Part shown: one piece after another, positions 18,406-27,875 of the stretch
How the letters are laid out: each line of letters starts with the position of its first letter
How positions within the stretch are numbered: position 1 is the first letter of the stretch
Source of the DNA: an uncultured Bdellovibrio sp.
GTDB lineage: Bacteria > Bdellovibrionota > Bdellovibrionia > Bdellovibrionales > Bdellovibrionaceae
Reading direction: 5' to 3'
Length of the DNA: 64,000 nt
Assembly (NCBI GenBank): GCA_963932905.1
Contig: CAWVRN010000017.1
Coordinates: 1 to 64,000 of the forward strand
Notes under the pieces: generated by a model
What the model was told of the DNA's origin: nothing
The model's database searches: none
What the model saw: only the letters and a program-made list of their open reading frames with translations
Translations under genes and position numbers: made by a program

Positions 18406-19803
18406 TCATTCCAGCTTCGTTTTAATTTGCTCGATAGAATCTACTGGCAAATTCAGCGATTTAATTTTTGCGGTTAATGTTTTAGGGAAAGGTGTCAATG
18501 TGCCAAAGGTGACTACGCTGAATAGAAATTTAACCATCGATTTCGCCAAGTCATAATGATGTTTGGCAATTAGCAGCCAGTGCAGTTTCCAGCCCAAATC
18601 AAAAGCAAAAACCCGCGACAACAAGTAGGGAGTTTTCCAATATGCTATGGCCAACTGAATTAGACTGGTACTGTCATCTAGGCTTTGCATAAAAATGACG
18701 TCTTTCTTTTTGGGCCAGATAAAGTGTTTCCACATTTTAAAAAGAAAGTAGGCTTTTTCGTAAAACATGTCGGCAAGTGAAAACAAGGCGTAGTTTTTTT
18801 CGATACGACTGGTTTGAGTGCTGCGTGATCGCACTAAATAGTAGAGTTCGCGACAACGATATTGCGTATCTGTCACCACAAATGGATCCACGTTTGGTTT
18901 CAATACTGAAATCCACTCTTGTAATTGGGGATCAGGTTGTATGCGATTCATTAAACACAAATTGCGATAAACGGGATCGTAAGCCTTTGTTGTTTGAACC
19001 AGTTTTAAAAAGTCAGTCGACGATATTCTATTTTTTTTAGTACGGAACCAATTGATGGGGTCACACAACTCTTTAAGACCTGTTTTGTAATAAGCTAAGT
19101 GAACCACAAGATGGAAAAAGAAATAGAGATCATTCAGTCGAAAACAGGGGATTCCCAAGTAGGAATGGGGTACAGTGTGGCTCCATAACGCTGTTTCGTC
19201 GATTTTTATTTTCGAAAGTGGAGTCATGATATTCCAGTGAGTTCCTAAAACACAATCCATCGTGCGCGTGAAGAAAGGTGGCCAATGATGCGAAAATTTT
19301 TCTTGCTTGCGATAATTACTGCCGCCAAGGCTAGCGGCGCATTCCAGGTTCAGGTCTTTGTAAATGACATCCAGCTGATCAAGTGACGACGTCTTAACTA
19401 GAAAATCCACATCGTTCATTTTTTTGTAGAATACGGAACCATACAGCGATTCCGCCAGCGCTTGCCCTTTCAGGATGACGAATGGAATATGATTTTCATA
19501 AATTTTTGAAAAAATAGTTTTAGCTTCCGCGTTTCTTAGCGCGTTCTGCTGACTGATTTTATCATAAGTAGATTTTAATTCAGAAAGTATTGAATCTGGA
19601 ATCTGAAGTCCATGTTTTAAGATATTTAAGTACACCAAGCTTTCGCAGGCGTTCAGCTGGACAAGGTGTAACCAAAAGTTCCACTGTTTGTTTTCTTGGA
19701 TGATGAACACAAGTGAATTCAGTCGCGAAAATTCATCAGCAGAAAGAGAAATCAAATTCAGTAAACAAATCGATTCGGCGACTTCATTTTTGTGCTTGAG
19801 CAT
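18406..19803 (-). CDS. Nucleotidyltransferase family protein (NTP_transf_5-like, Pol-beta fold)
   Basis: ILKGQALAESLY...MNDVDFLV and a downstream HW motif. Confidence 0.78.
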   Translation of the reverse strand: MLKHKNEVAESICLLNLISLSADEFSRLNSLVFIIQENKQWNFWLHLVQLNACESLVYLNILKHGLQIPDSILSELKSTYDKISQQNALRNAEAKTIFSKIYENHIPFVILKGQALAESLYGSVFYKKMNDVDFLVKTSSLDQLDVIYKDLNLECAASLGGSNYRKQEKFSHHWPPFFTRTMDCVLGTHWNIMTPLSKIKIDETALWSHTVPHSYLGIPCFRLNDLYFFFHLVVHLAYYKTGLKELCDPINWFRTKKNRISSTDFLKLVQTTKAYDPVYRNLCLMNRIQPDPQLQEWISVLKPNVDPFVVTDTQYRCRELYYLVRSRSTQTSRIEKNYALFSLADMFYEKAYFLFKMWKHFIWPKKKDVIFMQSLDDSTSLIQLAIAYWKTPYLLSRVFAFDLGWKLHWLLIAKHHYDLAKSMVKFLFSVVTFGTLTPFPKTLTAKIKSLNLPVDSIEQIKTKLE

Positions 19804-20584
19804 GGTCTACTTTCAGTATTTGATCGTTATCTTTTTCAAATCGTGTTTTAAAAACCCAGTCCCAAATACACAGCACTTTACCAAAATTATGGAACATGCT
19901 TTCGTTTTGGTGGTGCCAGCGATGTAATTCTGATGTGTTAAAAAATTTATTAATAAACATCGTACTGTGTCTGAAATTCACATGAATCAAAATTCCAGTC
20001 ACCCCACTTAAGGTAACGAACAAGTACTGCACTTGCGGACTGACAGAAAAAATCAATAAAGGCAAAAGGTAGAAAAACGCACTGAGAAATATATCCACAA
20101 CGTGAAACGTCGCGGAGTTATTCCAGTAAACGGTTGCATATTGATGGTGATATTTGTGGATTTTCCATATCAGATCAGATTTGTGACCTAGATAGTGATA
20201 GGCGTAGTAAAACAATTCCGCAATAATCAAGATGCAAAATGTTTGAACTATCGGGTTCCAGTGATGGGGCCATAGAAAACCAAGCATCGGTACCTGTGCA
20301 TTTCTAAGGTGGGTTCCGATGATATCGATAGCGAGAGAAATCAAGGGTAATTGGATAAAAGTAAAATAACTATCCCACACGAATTGCTTAGTGAACATTT
20401 TAAATCGTCGATCAAAGGGAAGATAAATCTCCAAGATAAATGCAGTCAGCATGCTGCCAATGATTAGGATCAAAGAGAGTTGCTGAAGTTCGGTCGTATT
20501 CAATCGGTCGTAAGTAAGGAAAATAGGCACGACGAAAAAAAGCAGAAACAGCGGGTATATAGCATGATGGATAATTCGGCCCAT
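19784..20584 (-). CDS. Fatty-acid hydroxylase / sterol desaturase family di-iron membrane enzyme
   Basis: His boxes HYLGH, HKYHH, IHVN, HRWHH, plus NFG...WDWVFKT and TM helices. Confidence 0.9.
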   Translation of the reverse strand: MGRIIHHAIYPLFLLFFVVPIFLTYDRLNTTELQQLSLILIIGSMLTAFILEIYLPFDRRFKMFTKQFVWDSYFTFIQLPLISLAIDIIGTHLRNAQVPMLGFLWPHHWNPIVQTFCILIIAELFYYAYHYLGHKSDLIWKIHKYHHQYATVYWNNSATFHVVDIFLSAFFYLLPLLIFSVSPQVQYLFVTLSGVTGILIHVNFRHSTMFINKFFNTSELHRWHHQNESMFHNFGKVLCIWDWVFKTRFEKDNDQILKVDHAQAQK

Positions 20585-20671
20585 GCACTAATATCATTTT
20601 TCCGTATCAAATATGTCAACGATTTGCGTCGACAGCATGGGTGTTAATGTCCCTTGATATGCCGGATAAGT

Positions 20672-21074
20672 GAGTCTCTAAACGAGACGCCCAAGTTAAA
20701 CTCAATTGCCATAAGGAAGGAATTCGACCTCAAGAAAAGTTTAGAATATCGAAGATAAGCCTAAAGTCCAGCCAGGTTCTTCCGAAAGGATATCACGACC
20801 AACGCGCGTCGGTCGAGGCAAAGAACCTGACTAACGAAAGGAGTTAGGATGCCAGGGAAACCTGATATCTGACGAGTCTCAAAGAAAAAGATCATGAAAC
20901 AAAAAAAATGATTTGGAGGCTCTGAATGCGAACGTATTTTAGAAGTAAAGCAGACAAACAAAACCTGATCCTGGAGTTATTAGAATTATCAGATCACCCG
21001 GAGACAGGCCCGCCTTAGCGGTACAAATAATAAAATGCTAAATTAGAAAAGCTTTGAGGAATCAAGGCTTTTTT
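20672..21074 (+). ncRNA. Candidate large structured ncRNA (family not recognised)
   Basis: About 10 nested helices, GAAA loops, G-U pairs that favour the + strand, A-rich linkers, no credible ORF, and a 3' intrinsic terminator. The 5' boundary is approximate. Confidence 0.6.
21047..21074 (+). terminator. Intrinsic terminator (possibly bidirectional)
   Basis: AAAAGCTTTGA-GGAA-TCAAGGC-TTTTTT. Confidence 0.8.
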
Positions 21075-21197
21075 AATTTTTAATTTGAATTGCCGTGATT
21101 GTCATTTTGAAAAAGGTGAATCCAATCTGGCCGGTTGTTGTAGTGAAGATAGTTTTATAAAAGCCAGAGGTCCCTTGGGATCAACATTCTGGAAATT

Positions 21198-21668
21198 TTA
21201 TTTTGTGACCCCGCGAAGTTTCAATGACAAACCCTTCAGAAAATAGCGCAAAACTTGATCCCCACATTTGCGATAATTGGGATGATCTTTTTTTCGCATA
21301 AAGGCGCTTAGCTCGGGTCGCCCAATTTTGTAATTAGCGGATTCAATCAAAGAGTGAATGTCATCTTCCTTAAGTTCGAAGGCGACACGAAGTTTTTTCA
21401 AAATTGTATTGTTGGTAATAGGGATCTCAAATGGCATGGGCGGTTTTGATTCGTCCTTTCCTCGTTTGAAATAAATCAAACCATCTAGAAAATGGGCCAT
21501 AATTTCATCTTCACAATAAATAGCGTCGGGATCTTCTTCTGATTTTTGCATTCGGATGATATCAGCGAGTGCCACGGTTCCGCCAGATAGGGCGACAATG
21601 TCGACTAGTTTTTGATCGGAAACTTTCAGGATGTAGCGAATACTGCGAAGGACATCATTGTTAATCAT
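21198..21668 (-). CDS. yehS: YehS/DUF1456 family protein
   Basis: MINNDVLRSIRY, FLDGLI..KRG, NNTILKKLRVAF, YRKCGDQVLRYFLKGL. ATG 21668 preferred as start. Confidence 0.88.
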   Translation of the reverse strand: MINNDVLRSIRYILKVSDQKLVDIVALSGGTVALADIIRMQKSEEDPDAIYCEDEIMAHFLDGLIYFKRGKDESKPPMPFEIPITNNTILKKLRVAFELKEDDIHSLIESANYKIGRPELSAFMRKKDHPNYRKCGDQVLRYFLKGLSLKLRGVTK

Positions 21669-21731
21669 GCGTGCGAACGTATCAGAGTTTTCAAATCGAA
21701 AACAGTTCTTTGTTTTCCCCACAAAGATTGA

Positions 21732-22385
21732 CTACAAAATATTTTCAAAAAAAGCACCGCGATTAAGTTTTTTATCATGAATTTGGATTTCTAGAATCCA
21801 GCGATTTCCGGCGATTGATTCCGGTACTTTCCTTAAGTCGCCGCGATAGTGGATTTGGTGAGGAAAGTCGCCTACGCGATGACCACTTGCGCCTTCGGTG
21901 ATAAAATCATAGCCCAGTTTTTCGGCTTCTGTGATGGCAAATTGGTAAAGAGCCTGACCAGATAAGTTTTCTTGGCTCCATTTAGCTTTCACTTGGTCAA
22001 ATAGAAGTTTAGAGCTGTCGCGTAAACGGCCGAGATCGGGGTCGTTGCCAACGACAAAAGTTTGTCCATAATCGCACTCGTGTTCAGCAATGATGGGTCC
22101 TAAATCCAGAAAGAAAATGTCATTTTTTTGCAGAATGACATTGGGCTCAGAGGCTTCAGAGTAGGTTTTTAGGGTGTTCGTGCCAAAACGGATTTTAGGT
22201 GGATGCCAGTTCTTACCGAAACCGTGTTTCGAGAGTGTCGCTTTAGTGATTTCGCCGGCCTCTTTTTCAGTCATCCCGGGGCCTATTTCTTGAGCAATTT
22301 TTTGAATACAGGCCGCTAAAAGTTTTTGTCCTGAAATCAATTTTTCTAAAGAGAATTTGTCGCCGTTGTTTTCTATAGCCAGCAT
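21732..22385 (-). CDS. M24-family metallopeptidase (single pita-bread domain)
   Basis: Metal-ligand pattern DLGP, DYGQT, GHRVGDFPH, LEI, FEN. Confidence 0.8.
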   Translation of the reverse strand: MLAIENNGDKFSLEKLISGQKLLAACIQKIAQEIGPGMTEKEAGEITKATLSKHGFGKNWHPPKIRFGTNTLKTYSEASEPNVILQKNDIFFLDLGPIIAEHECDYGQTFVVGNDPDLGRLRDSSKLLFDQVKAKWSQENLSGQALYQFAITEAEKLGYDFITEGASGHRVGDFPHQIHYRGDLRKVPESIAGNRWILEIQIHDKKLNRGAFFENIL

Positions 22386-22460
22386 GCCATTTCCTATCTT
22401 TTATTTGACCCAATTTAGCCTTAAGGAGTACGGTAGGTCATCTAAAAACAAGGAATTATT

Positions 22461-23969
22461 ATGAAAAAACATTTGGTAAGAGTGTATCCGTCTAAAGAGA
22501 AATTAGATCGTAAAGATCAACTAGCTTGGAAAATGGCTGAAGTGGCCACTGATCCTGTGGCATTAGATTCTGCTTCTGTTGAAATGGTGATCAACCGATT
22601 GATCGATAACGCCTCAGTAGCTATTGCATCGGCGAATCGTCGTCCGGTCGCTTCAGCTCGTTCAATGGCTCTTTGTCACCCACGCACGGGTGGCGCGACT
22701 GTTTTCGGGATGCCAAATGATCAAAAATTTTCTCCAGAATGGGCAGCCTGGGCGAACGGCACTGCAGTTCGTGAATTAGATTATCATGACACGTTCCTTG
22801 CGGCTGATTACTCGCACCCAGGTGATAACATTCCACCGATATTGGCCGTAGCTCAACAGCTGGGTAAAAACGGTAAAGATTTAGCTCGCGGTATTATGAC
22901 TGGTTACGAATTACACGTAAATTTAGTTAAAGGTATCTGCTTACATAAACACAAAAAAGATCATATTGCTCATTTGTGCCCAGCCGCTGCGGCAGGTATC
23001 GGAACACTACTAGGCTTATCAACGGAAGTTGTGTATCAAGCGATTCAACAAGCGGTTCACGTTTCTTTCAACACTCGTCAATCTCGTAAAGGTGAAATTT
23101 CATCTTGGAAAGCCTACGCTCCGGCCCACGCTGGTAAGTTAGCGGTAGAAGCGGTTGATCGTTGCATGCGCGGTGAAGGTGCGCCGTCACCTATATACGA
23201 AGGTGAAGATTCAGTGATTGCTTACATGCTGGATGGAAAAGACGGTAAATACGAAGTGCCATTGCCAGAAGCGGGCGAAGCTAAAAAAGCAATCCTAGAC
23301 ACGTACACTAAAGAACACTCTGCGGAATACCAATCACAAGCCTTGATCGATTTAGCTTTCCGTATGAAACAAAAAATCACTAACTTTGATGACATCACTG
23401 GAATTCATATTCACACATCTCATCACACCCACTACGTTATCGGTACGGGCGCGAACGATCCGCAAAAAATGGATCCAAAAGCGTCTCGCGAAACTCTTGA
23501 TCACTCGATCATGTACATCTTCGCGGTGGCTTTACAAGATGGTTTCTGGCATCACGTGAAATCATACGCTCCCGAGCGTGCAAATCGTCCAGACACAGTG
23601 GCTTTATGGCATAAAATCACAACCTCAGAAGATCCTAAATGGACAGAAATGTACCATGCGCAAGATCCCGACAAGAAACGTTTCGGTGGCCGTGTTGAAA
23701 TCACGTTCAAAAACGGAACTAAACTAGTTGATGAGTTGGGCGTAGCAAACGCGCATCCAGCGGGTGCAAAACCATTCAAACGCGCGGACTACATCCGTAA
23801 GTTTGATATGCTGACAGAAGAAATCATCACTAAAGACGAACGCAATCGTTTCATTTCATTGTGTGAAAACTTATTGGATTTAAAACCAGAACAAGTTCAA
23901 CAATTGAATGTTCAAATTCCAATCGACAAACTAGTGCCAAACAAACGCGACACCAAAGGGATTTTCTAA
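22461..23969 (+). CDS. prpD: 2-methylcitrate dehydratase (MmgE/PrpD)
   Basis: [33 protein letters not shown]; lies next to prpB and prpC. Confidence 0.93.
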   Translation: MKKHLVRVYPSKEKLDRKDQLAWKMAEVATDPVALDSASVEMVINRLIDNASVAIASANRRPVASARSMALCHPRTGGATVFGMPNDQKFSPEWAAWANGTAVRELDYHDTFLAADYSHPGDNIPPILAVAQQLGKNGKDLARGIMTGYELHVNLVKGICLHKHKKDHIAHLCPAAAAGIGTLLGLSTEVVYQAIQQAVHVSFNTRQSRKGEISSWKAYAPAHAGKLAVEAVDRCMRGEGAPSPIYEGEDSVIAYMLDGKDGKYEVPLPEAGEAKKAILDTYTKEHSAEYQSQALIDLAFRMKQKITNFDDITGIHIHTSHHTHYVIGTGANDPQKMDPKASRETLDHSIMYIFAVALQDGFWHHVKSYAPERANRPDTVALWHKITTSEDPKWTEMYHAQDPDKKRFGGRVEITFKNGTKLVDELGVANAHPAGAKPFKRADYIRKFDMLTEEIITKDERNRFISLCENLLDLKPEQVQQLNVQIPIDKLVPNKRDTKGIF

Positions 23970-24865
23970 TGTTATTTCCAGAAATCACCGCCAGCAACAA
24001 ACGCGCACAATTTCGTGACAAACTTAAATCGGGCAAACTTTTGGTCATGCCCGGTGCTTTTTCACCATTATCAGCAATGTTAATCGAAAAGAAAAAGTTC
24101 GATGGCGTTTATATTTCTGGTTCGGTGATGTCTAACGATCTTGGCTACCCAGATATCGGTCTAACGACATTATCTGAAGTCGCAACTCGTGGTCGCCAAA
24201 TTGCTCGCGCGGTTTCGATTCCAAGTTTGATTGATATCGACACAGGATTTGGCGAGCCTATGAATGTGACTCGCACAGTTCAGGAAATGATCGAAATGGG
24301 CATCTGTGGTGGACATTTAGAAGATCAGATGAATCCCAAACGCTGCGGTCATTTGGACAATAAATCCTTAGTTAGCACAGAAGACATGGTTAAAAAAATT
24401 CAAGCGGCTGATCGTGGTAAAAAACTAGATCCTGGGTTTTTGATCATGGCTCGAACGGACGCACGTGCTTCTGAAGGCTTAGACGCGGCGATTGCTCGTG
24501 CGAAAGCCTACGTTGATGCCGGTGCGGAAGCGATTTTCCCAGAAGCATTACAAGACGCAAAAGAATTCGAAGCCTTCCGTAAAGCCATCAAAGTTCCGTT
24601 GCTTGCGAACATGACGGAATTTGGAAAATCAAGATTGTTAACTCAAAAAGAATTATCTGATTTGGGTTTCAACATCGTGATCTACCCGGTGACGACTCTT
24701 CGTTTGGCGATGAAAGCAGTGGATGTAGGTTTAGATCAAATCATCAAAGATGGAACTCAAGAGAACATCGTGCCGAACATGCAAACGCGTAAAGAGCTTT
24801 ATGATCTGACTCGTTACGAAGACTACAACGATTTTGATAAAAGTATTTTTAATTTTAAAATTTAG
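23969..24865 (+). CDS. prpB: Methylisocitrate lyase
   Basis: DIDTGFG, KRCGHL, ANMTEFGK. Confidence 0.95.
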   Translation: MLFPEITASNKRAQFRDKLKSGKLLVMPGAFSPLSAMLIEKKKFDGVYISGSVMSNDLGYPDIGLTTLSEVATRGRQIARAVSIPSLIDIDTGFGEPMNVTRTVQEMIEMGICGGHLEDQMNPKRCGHLDNKSLVSTEDMVKKIQAADRGKKLDPGFLIMARTDARASEGLDAAIARAKAYVDAGAEAIFPEALQDAKEFEAFRKAIKVPLLANMTEFGKSRLLTQKELSDLGFNIVIYPVTTLRLAMKAVDVGLDQIIKDGTQENIVPNMQTRKELYDLTRYEDYNDFDKSIFNFKI

Positions 24866-24873
24866 GAGGAAGA

Positions 24874-26049
24874 ATGAGCTCGCAAGATAATTATGTGAAT
24901 CCCGATTACGTACCTGAACCAGAAAAGGTGAATACCAAAAAAGGCTTAGAAGGTTCTGTTATTGATACAAGTAGCGTTTCTAAAGTTAACCCGGACACTA
25001 ACTCACTTATCTATCGCGGTTACCCAGTTCAAGATTTGGCAGAAAACTGCCGTTTCGAAGAAGTGGCTTATTTAATGTACAAAGGCGAATTGCCAACAGC
25101 GGCTCAATTAGCTGAGTTTGAAAAATTAGAAAGATCATACCGTGATATTTCTAAGGACAGCTTGAATGTTATCAAGGCTCTACCGAAAAAATGTCATCCG
25201 ATGGATTCTATCCGTACGGGTGTTAGCTTTTTAGGTTGTGAGGATGAGCGAATCTGGGATGCGACTCCAGCAACCAATTATGACAAAGCCGTTCGTTTGT
25301 TAGCGAAAATTCCAACGATGGTCGCTGCCGATTTCCGTTTCAAAAAAGGTTTGGATTTCATTCCTCCAAATAAAGATTTATCACTGGCGGAAAACTTCTT
25401 CCATATGTGCTTTGGAAAAGTGCCTCAAAAAGAAGTGGTCAAGGCATTTGATGTTTCGTTGATTCTATATGCTGAACACTCTTTCAATGCTTCGACATTC
25501 ACTTCACGTGTTGTGACGTCAACTGAAAGTGATATCTATTCTGCGACTGTGGCTGGTATTGGTGCTTTAAAAGGACCTTTACATGGTGGCGCGAATGAAA
25601 TGGTTATGCATATGATGAAAGAAATCGCTGATCCGGCAAAAGCAGAACAGTGGATGTTAGATGCTTTGGCTAACAAACGTAAAGTGATGGGCTTCGGTCA
25701 TCGCGTTTATAAAAAAGGTGATTCGCGCGTTCCAACGATGCGCAAATATGCTCAGCTTATGGCTGATGTGACTGGTGAATCAAAATGGATGCGTATGTAT
25801 GACAGCTTAGAAAAAGTTATGGTCGAGAAAAAGAAAATCTACCCTAACTTAGATTTCCCGGCGGGACCTGCGTACTTTATGATGGGTTTTGAGATCGATT
25901 TCTTCACTCCTATCTTTGTTATGGCTCGTACGACGGGTTGGTCAGCTCACATCATGGAACAAGCGGCAAATAACCGCATCATCCGTCCGTTAAGCGAATA
26001 CATCGGTGCTGCCCAAAGAAAAGTGACGCCGATTTCTGAACGTCGCTAA
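24874..26049 (+). CDS. prpC: 2-methylcitrate synthase / citrate synthase
   Basis: YAEHSFNAST, GPLHGGANE, GFGHRVY, PNLDF. Confidence 0.92.
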   Translation: MSSQDNYVNPDYVPEPEKVNTKKGLEGSVIDTSSVSKVNPDTNSLIYRGYPVQDLAENCRFEEVAYLMYKGELPTAAQLAEFEKLERSYRDISKDSLNVIKALPKKCHPMDSIRTGVSFLGCEDERIWDATPATNYDKAVRLLAKIPTMVAADFRFKKGLDFIPPNKDLSLAENFFHMCFGKVPQKEVVKAFDVSLILYAEHSFNASTFTSRVVTSTESDIYSATVAGIGALKGPLHGGANEMVMHMMKEIADPAKAEQWMLDALANKRKVMGFGHRVYKKGDSRVPTMRKYAQLMADVTGESKWMRMYDSLEKVMVEKKKIYPNLDFPAGPAYFMMGFEIDFFTPIFVMARTTGWSAHIMEQAANNRIIRPLSEYIGAAQRKVTPISERR

Positions 26050-26077
26050 TTATTTTATTTATTCCTATTGCAATACC

Positions 26078-26102
26078 AAGAGAGCCTTTCGAGGGCTCTC
26101 TT
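26078..26102 (+). terminator. Hairpin after the prp operon (probable terminator)
   Basis: AAGAGAGCCTT-TCG-AGGGCTCTCTT. Confidence 0.7.
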
Positions 26103-26125
26103 AAATTCCACTCGAGGTTGTAGTC

Positions 26126-27247
26126 ATGAAATTGAAATTTCAACTGTTACTAGTTTTGTTATTCGCGTTGAGCTGTCAATCGACGTCAAAGTCGACCACT
26201 GGCGATGCTGTTAAAAAAGACGAGGCGGCGGCAAAGAACCAAGAACCAAAACGACCAAAAAGTAATGAAATTACTCCTCGAGGTGTTGACGTCGCTGTGG
26301 CGCCGGAAACCGTGGCATTCGGTTCTTGCGCTCACCAAGATAAACCGCAGCCGTTGTGGGATGTGATAGCCAAGGATGAACCTGAACTATTTATTTTCTC
26401 TGGGGACAACGTCTATGCCTCGGCTCCAGAAACAAAGCCCATTGGGGCACAGTACAAAAAGTTAAATTTAATTCCTGAGTTTCGAAAATTCCGTGAACAC
26501 ATTCCGATCCTGGCAACTTGGGATGACCACGATTACGGTGTTAATGACGCCGGTGCAGACAACCCCGAAAAAGAAGAAGCTAGAAAAGAATTCCTGAGCC
26601 AATGGACCTATGTCAAAGACTCACTGTCGATGGGACAGAAAGGTGTCTATCATTCTAAAATTCTAGGTGGTGTGAAAAAGAAATCACCAACTCTACAAAT
26701 CATCATGTTAGATACTCGTTGGTTTCGATCGCCTTTGAAGAAAATTGAAGACCCTGCTAATCCAAACAAGAAATTTGGTCCAACGGATGACAAGAAAGCC
26801 ACCATCCTGGGCGAAGAACAATGGGCTTGGTTAGAGCGCCAATTAAGGAAGCCAGCTGATGTGCGGGTGGTTGTTTCTAGTATTCAGTTCGTAGCGGAAG
26901 AGCATGGGTTTGAAAAGTGGGCTAATTTTCCTCAGGAGAAAGAACGCTTTTTAAATCTTTTACGTCGTGTCGGTCCTAAAAATCTTTTTATCATCAGTGG
27001 TGATCGCCATAAGGGAACGATTGCTAAACAGGAAGTAAAAGGATGGGGAACTTTATATGATATCACAGCCAGTGGAATAAATCGTGTGGCCGAAACCGAA
27101 GATACCGATAAATCCTATATCGGAACTCCTGCGAGAACTGAAAATTTTGGTTTGATGAAAATTAACTGGGCACATAAAAAAATTGATGTTCAATTGAGAG
27201 ATGCTTCAAATAAAATATTAAATAATGTGGAAATGAGAATTCGATGA
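26126..27247 (+). CDS. phoD: PhoD-family alkaline phosphatase/phosphodiesterase, lipoprotein
   Basis: Lipobox ALSC, FGSC, GDNVY, WDDHDY, LDTR, SGDRH. Confidence 0.88.
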   Translation: MKLKFQLLLVLLFALSCQSTSKSTTGDAVKKDEAAAKNQEPKRPKSNEITPRGVDVAVAPETVAFGSCAHQDKPQPLWDVIAKDEPELFIFSGDNVYASAPETKPIGAQYKKLNLIPEFRKFREHIPILATWDDHDYGVNDAGADNPEKEEARKEFLSQWTYVKDSLSMGQKGVYHSKILGGVKKKSPTLQIIMLDTRWFRSPLKKIEDPANPNKKFGPTDDKKATILGEEQWAWLERQLRKPADVRVVVSSIQFVAEEHGFEKWANFPQEKERFLNLLRRVGPKNLFIISGDRHKGTIAKQEVKGWGTLYDITASGINRVAETEDTDKSYIGTPARTENFGLMKINWAHKKIDVQLRDASNKILNNVEMRIR

Positions 27248-27528
27248 TTGTCTGGCGAGGCTATGGCATTTTAGGATTATTGCTACTGGGAATAGCTTCT
27301 TATTTAGTTGAGAAATTTGGACCAGAATACTCTGCATCTTTAGAAATGAGTAAGCTGAGTCAGACTTTGTTTTTGGGGGCTATCTTGATGATCCCATTTT
27401 CGGTTTGGGATTTTCTTCGCTACAGAAAAGAAAAACGAGTGGCGCACTCGATTTTCTTTGTGCCTGTCTTTGTGTTTCCGATTGTGCTAGCCTTTCTAGG
27501 CTATGTGTATATTACCTATAAAAAATAG
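27244..27528 (+). CDS. Small membrane protein
   Basis: Three hydrophobic segments; ATGA overlap with phoD. Confidence 0.65.
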   Translation: MIVWRGYGILGLLLLGIASYLVEKFGPEYSASLEMSKLSQTLFLGAILMIPFSVWDFLRYRKEKRVAHSIFFVPVFVFPIVLAFLGYVYITYKK

Positions 27529-27532
27529 GGGA

Positions 27533-27814
27533 TTATTCTAAAAGTAGAATTCCGACTTTTTGGATATTCTCTTCAAGAACTTTGGACCAAGCGACTTCGG
27601 CTTTCATAATTTCTAGAGGGCCGATTTTGATTTTTACTTTCGTCCCTTTTTTAATAATTTCATTGTCGGCGAACACAATCGCGCAACCTGAATAGGATTC
27701 GTTTAAAATAATTGCGGTGATTGTGGGTTTGAATTCGCGTCCGGTTGCTTTTAGATCGATAAGAGCAACGGCCTGTGGATCTGGTTGGTAGCGTAGGAAT
27801 TTTCTGTCAGACAT
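27533..27814 (-). CDS. Stand-alone PilZ-domain protein (putative c-di-GMP receptor)
   Basis: RxxxR (RKFLR) and NxSxxG (NESYSG); GAGG RBS. Confidence 0.72.
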   Translation of the reverse strand: MSDRKFLRYQPDPQAVALIDLKATGREFKPTITAIILNESYSGCAIVFADNEIIKKGTKVKIKIGPLEIMKAEVAWSKVLEENIQKVGILLLE

Positions 27815-27875
27815 AAAACCTCAGAACTAAAAAAGGATGTTTAAAACTCTGTATATAGGTTAGTCTAAATGCCAG

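Noticed and set aside
251..20584. Phosphonolipid pathway
   Set aside because: No PEP mutase or phosphonopyruvate decarboxylase in the island. The only ICL/PEPM-fold gene (23969-24865) has the PrpB KRCGH motif and prp context.
20815..20860. c-di-GMP-I (GEMM) riboswitch (GGCAAA, CTAA, GAAA loops)
   Set aside because: The order and spacing of elements do not fit the consensus by eye. A covariance-model search is needed to exclude it fully.
20761..20961. 66-aa minus-strand ORF
   Set aside because: No RBS or recognisable motif; it lies antisense to the structured RNA candidate.
20761..21017. RNase P RNA (AAAGTCC near the 5' end, ACAG...CTTA near the 3' end)
   Set aside because: The two segments cannot form the P4 helix and the GAGGAAAGUCC context is absent.
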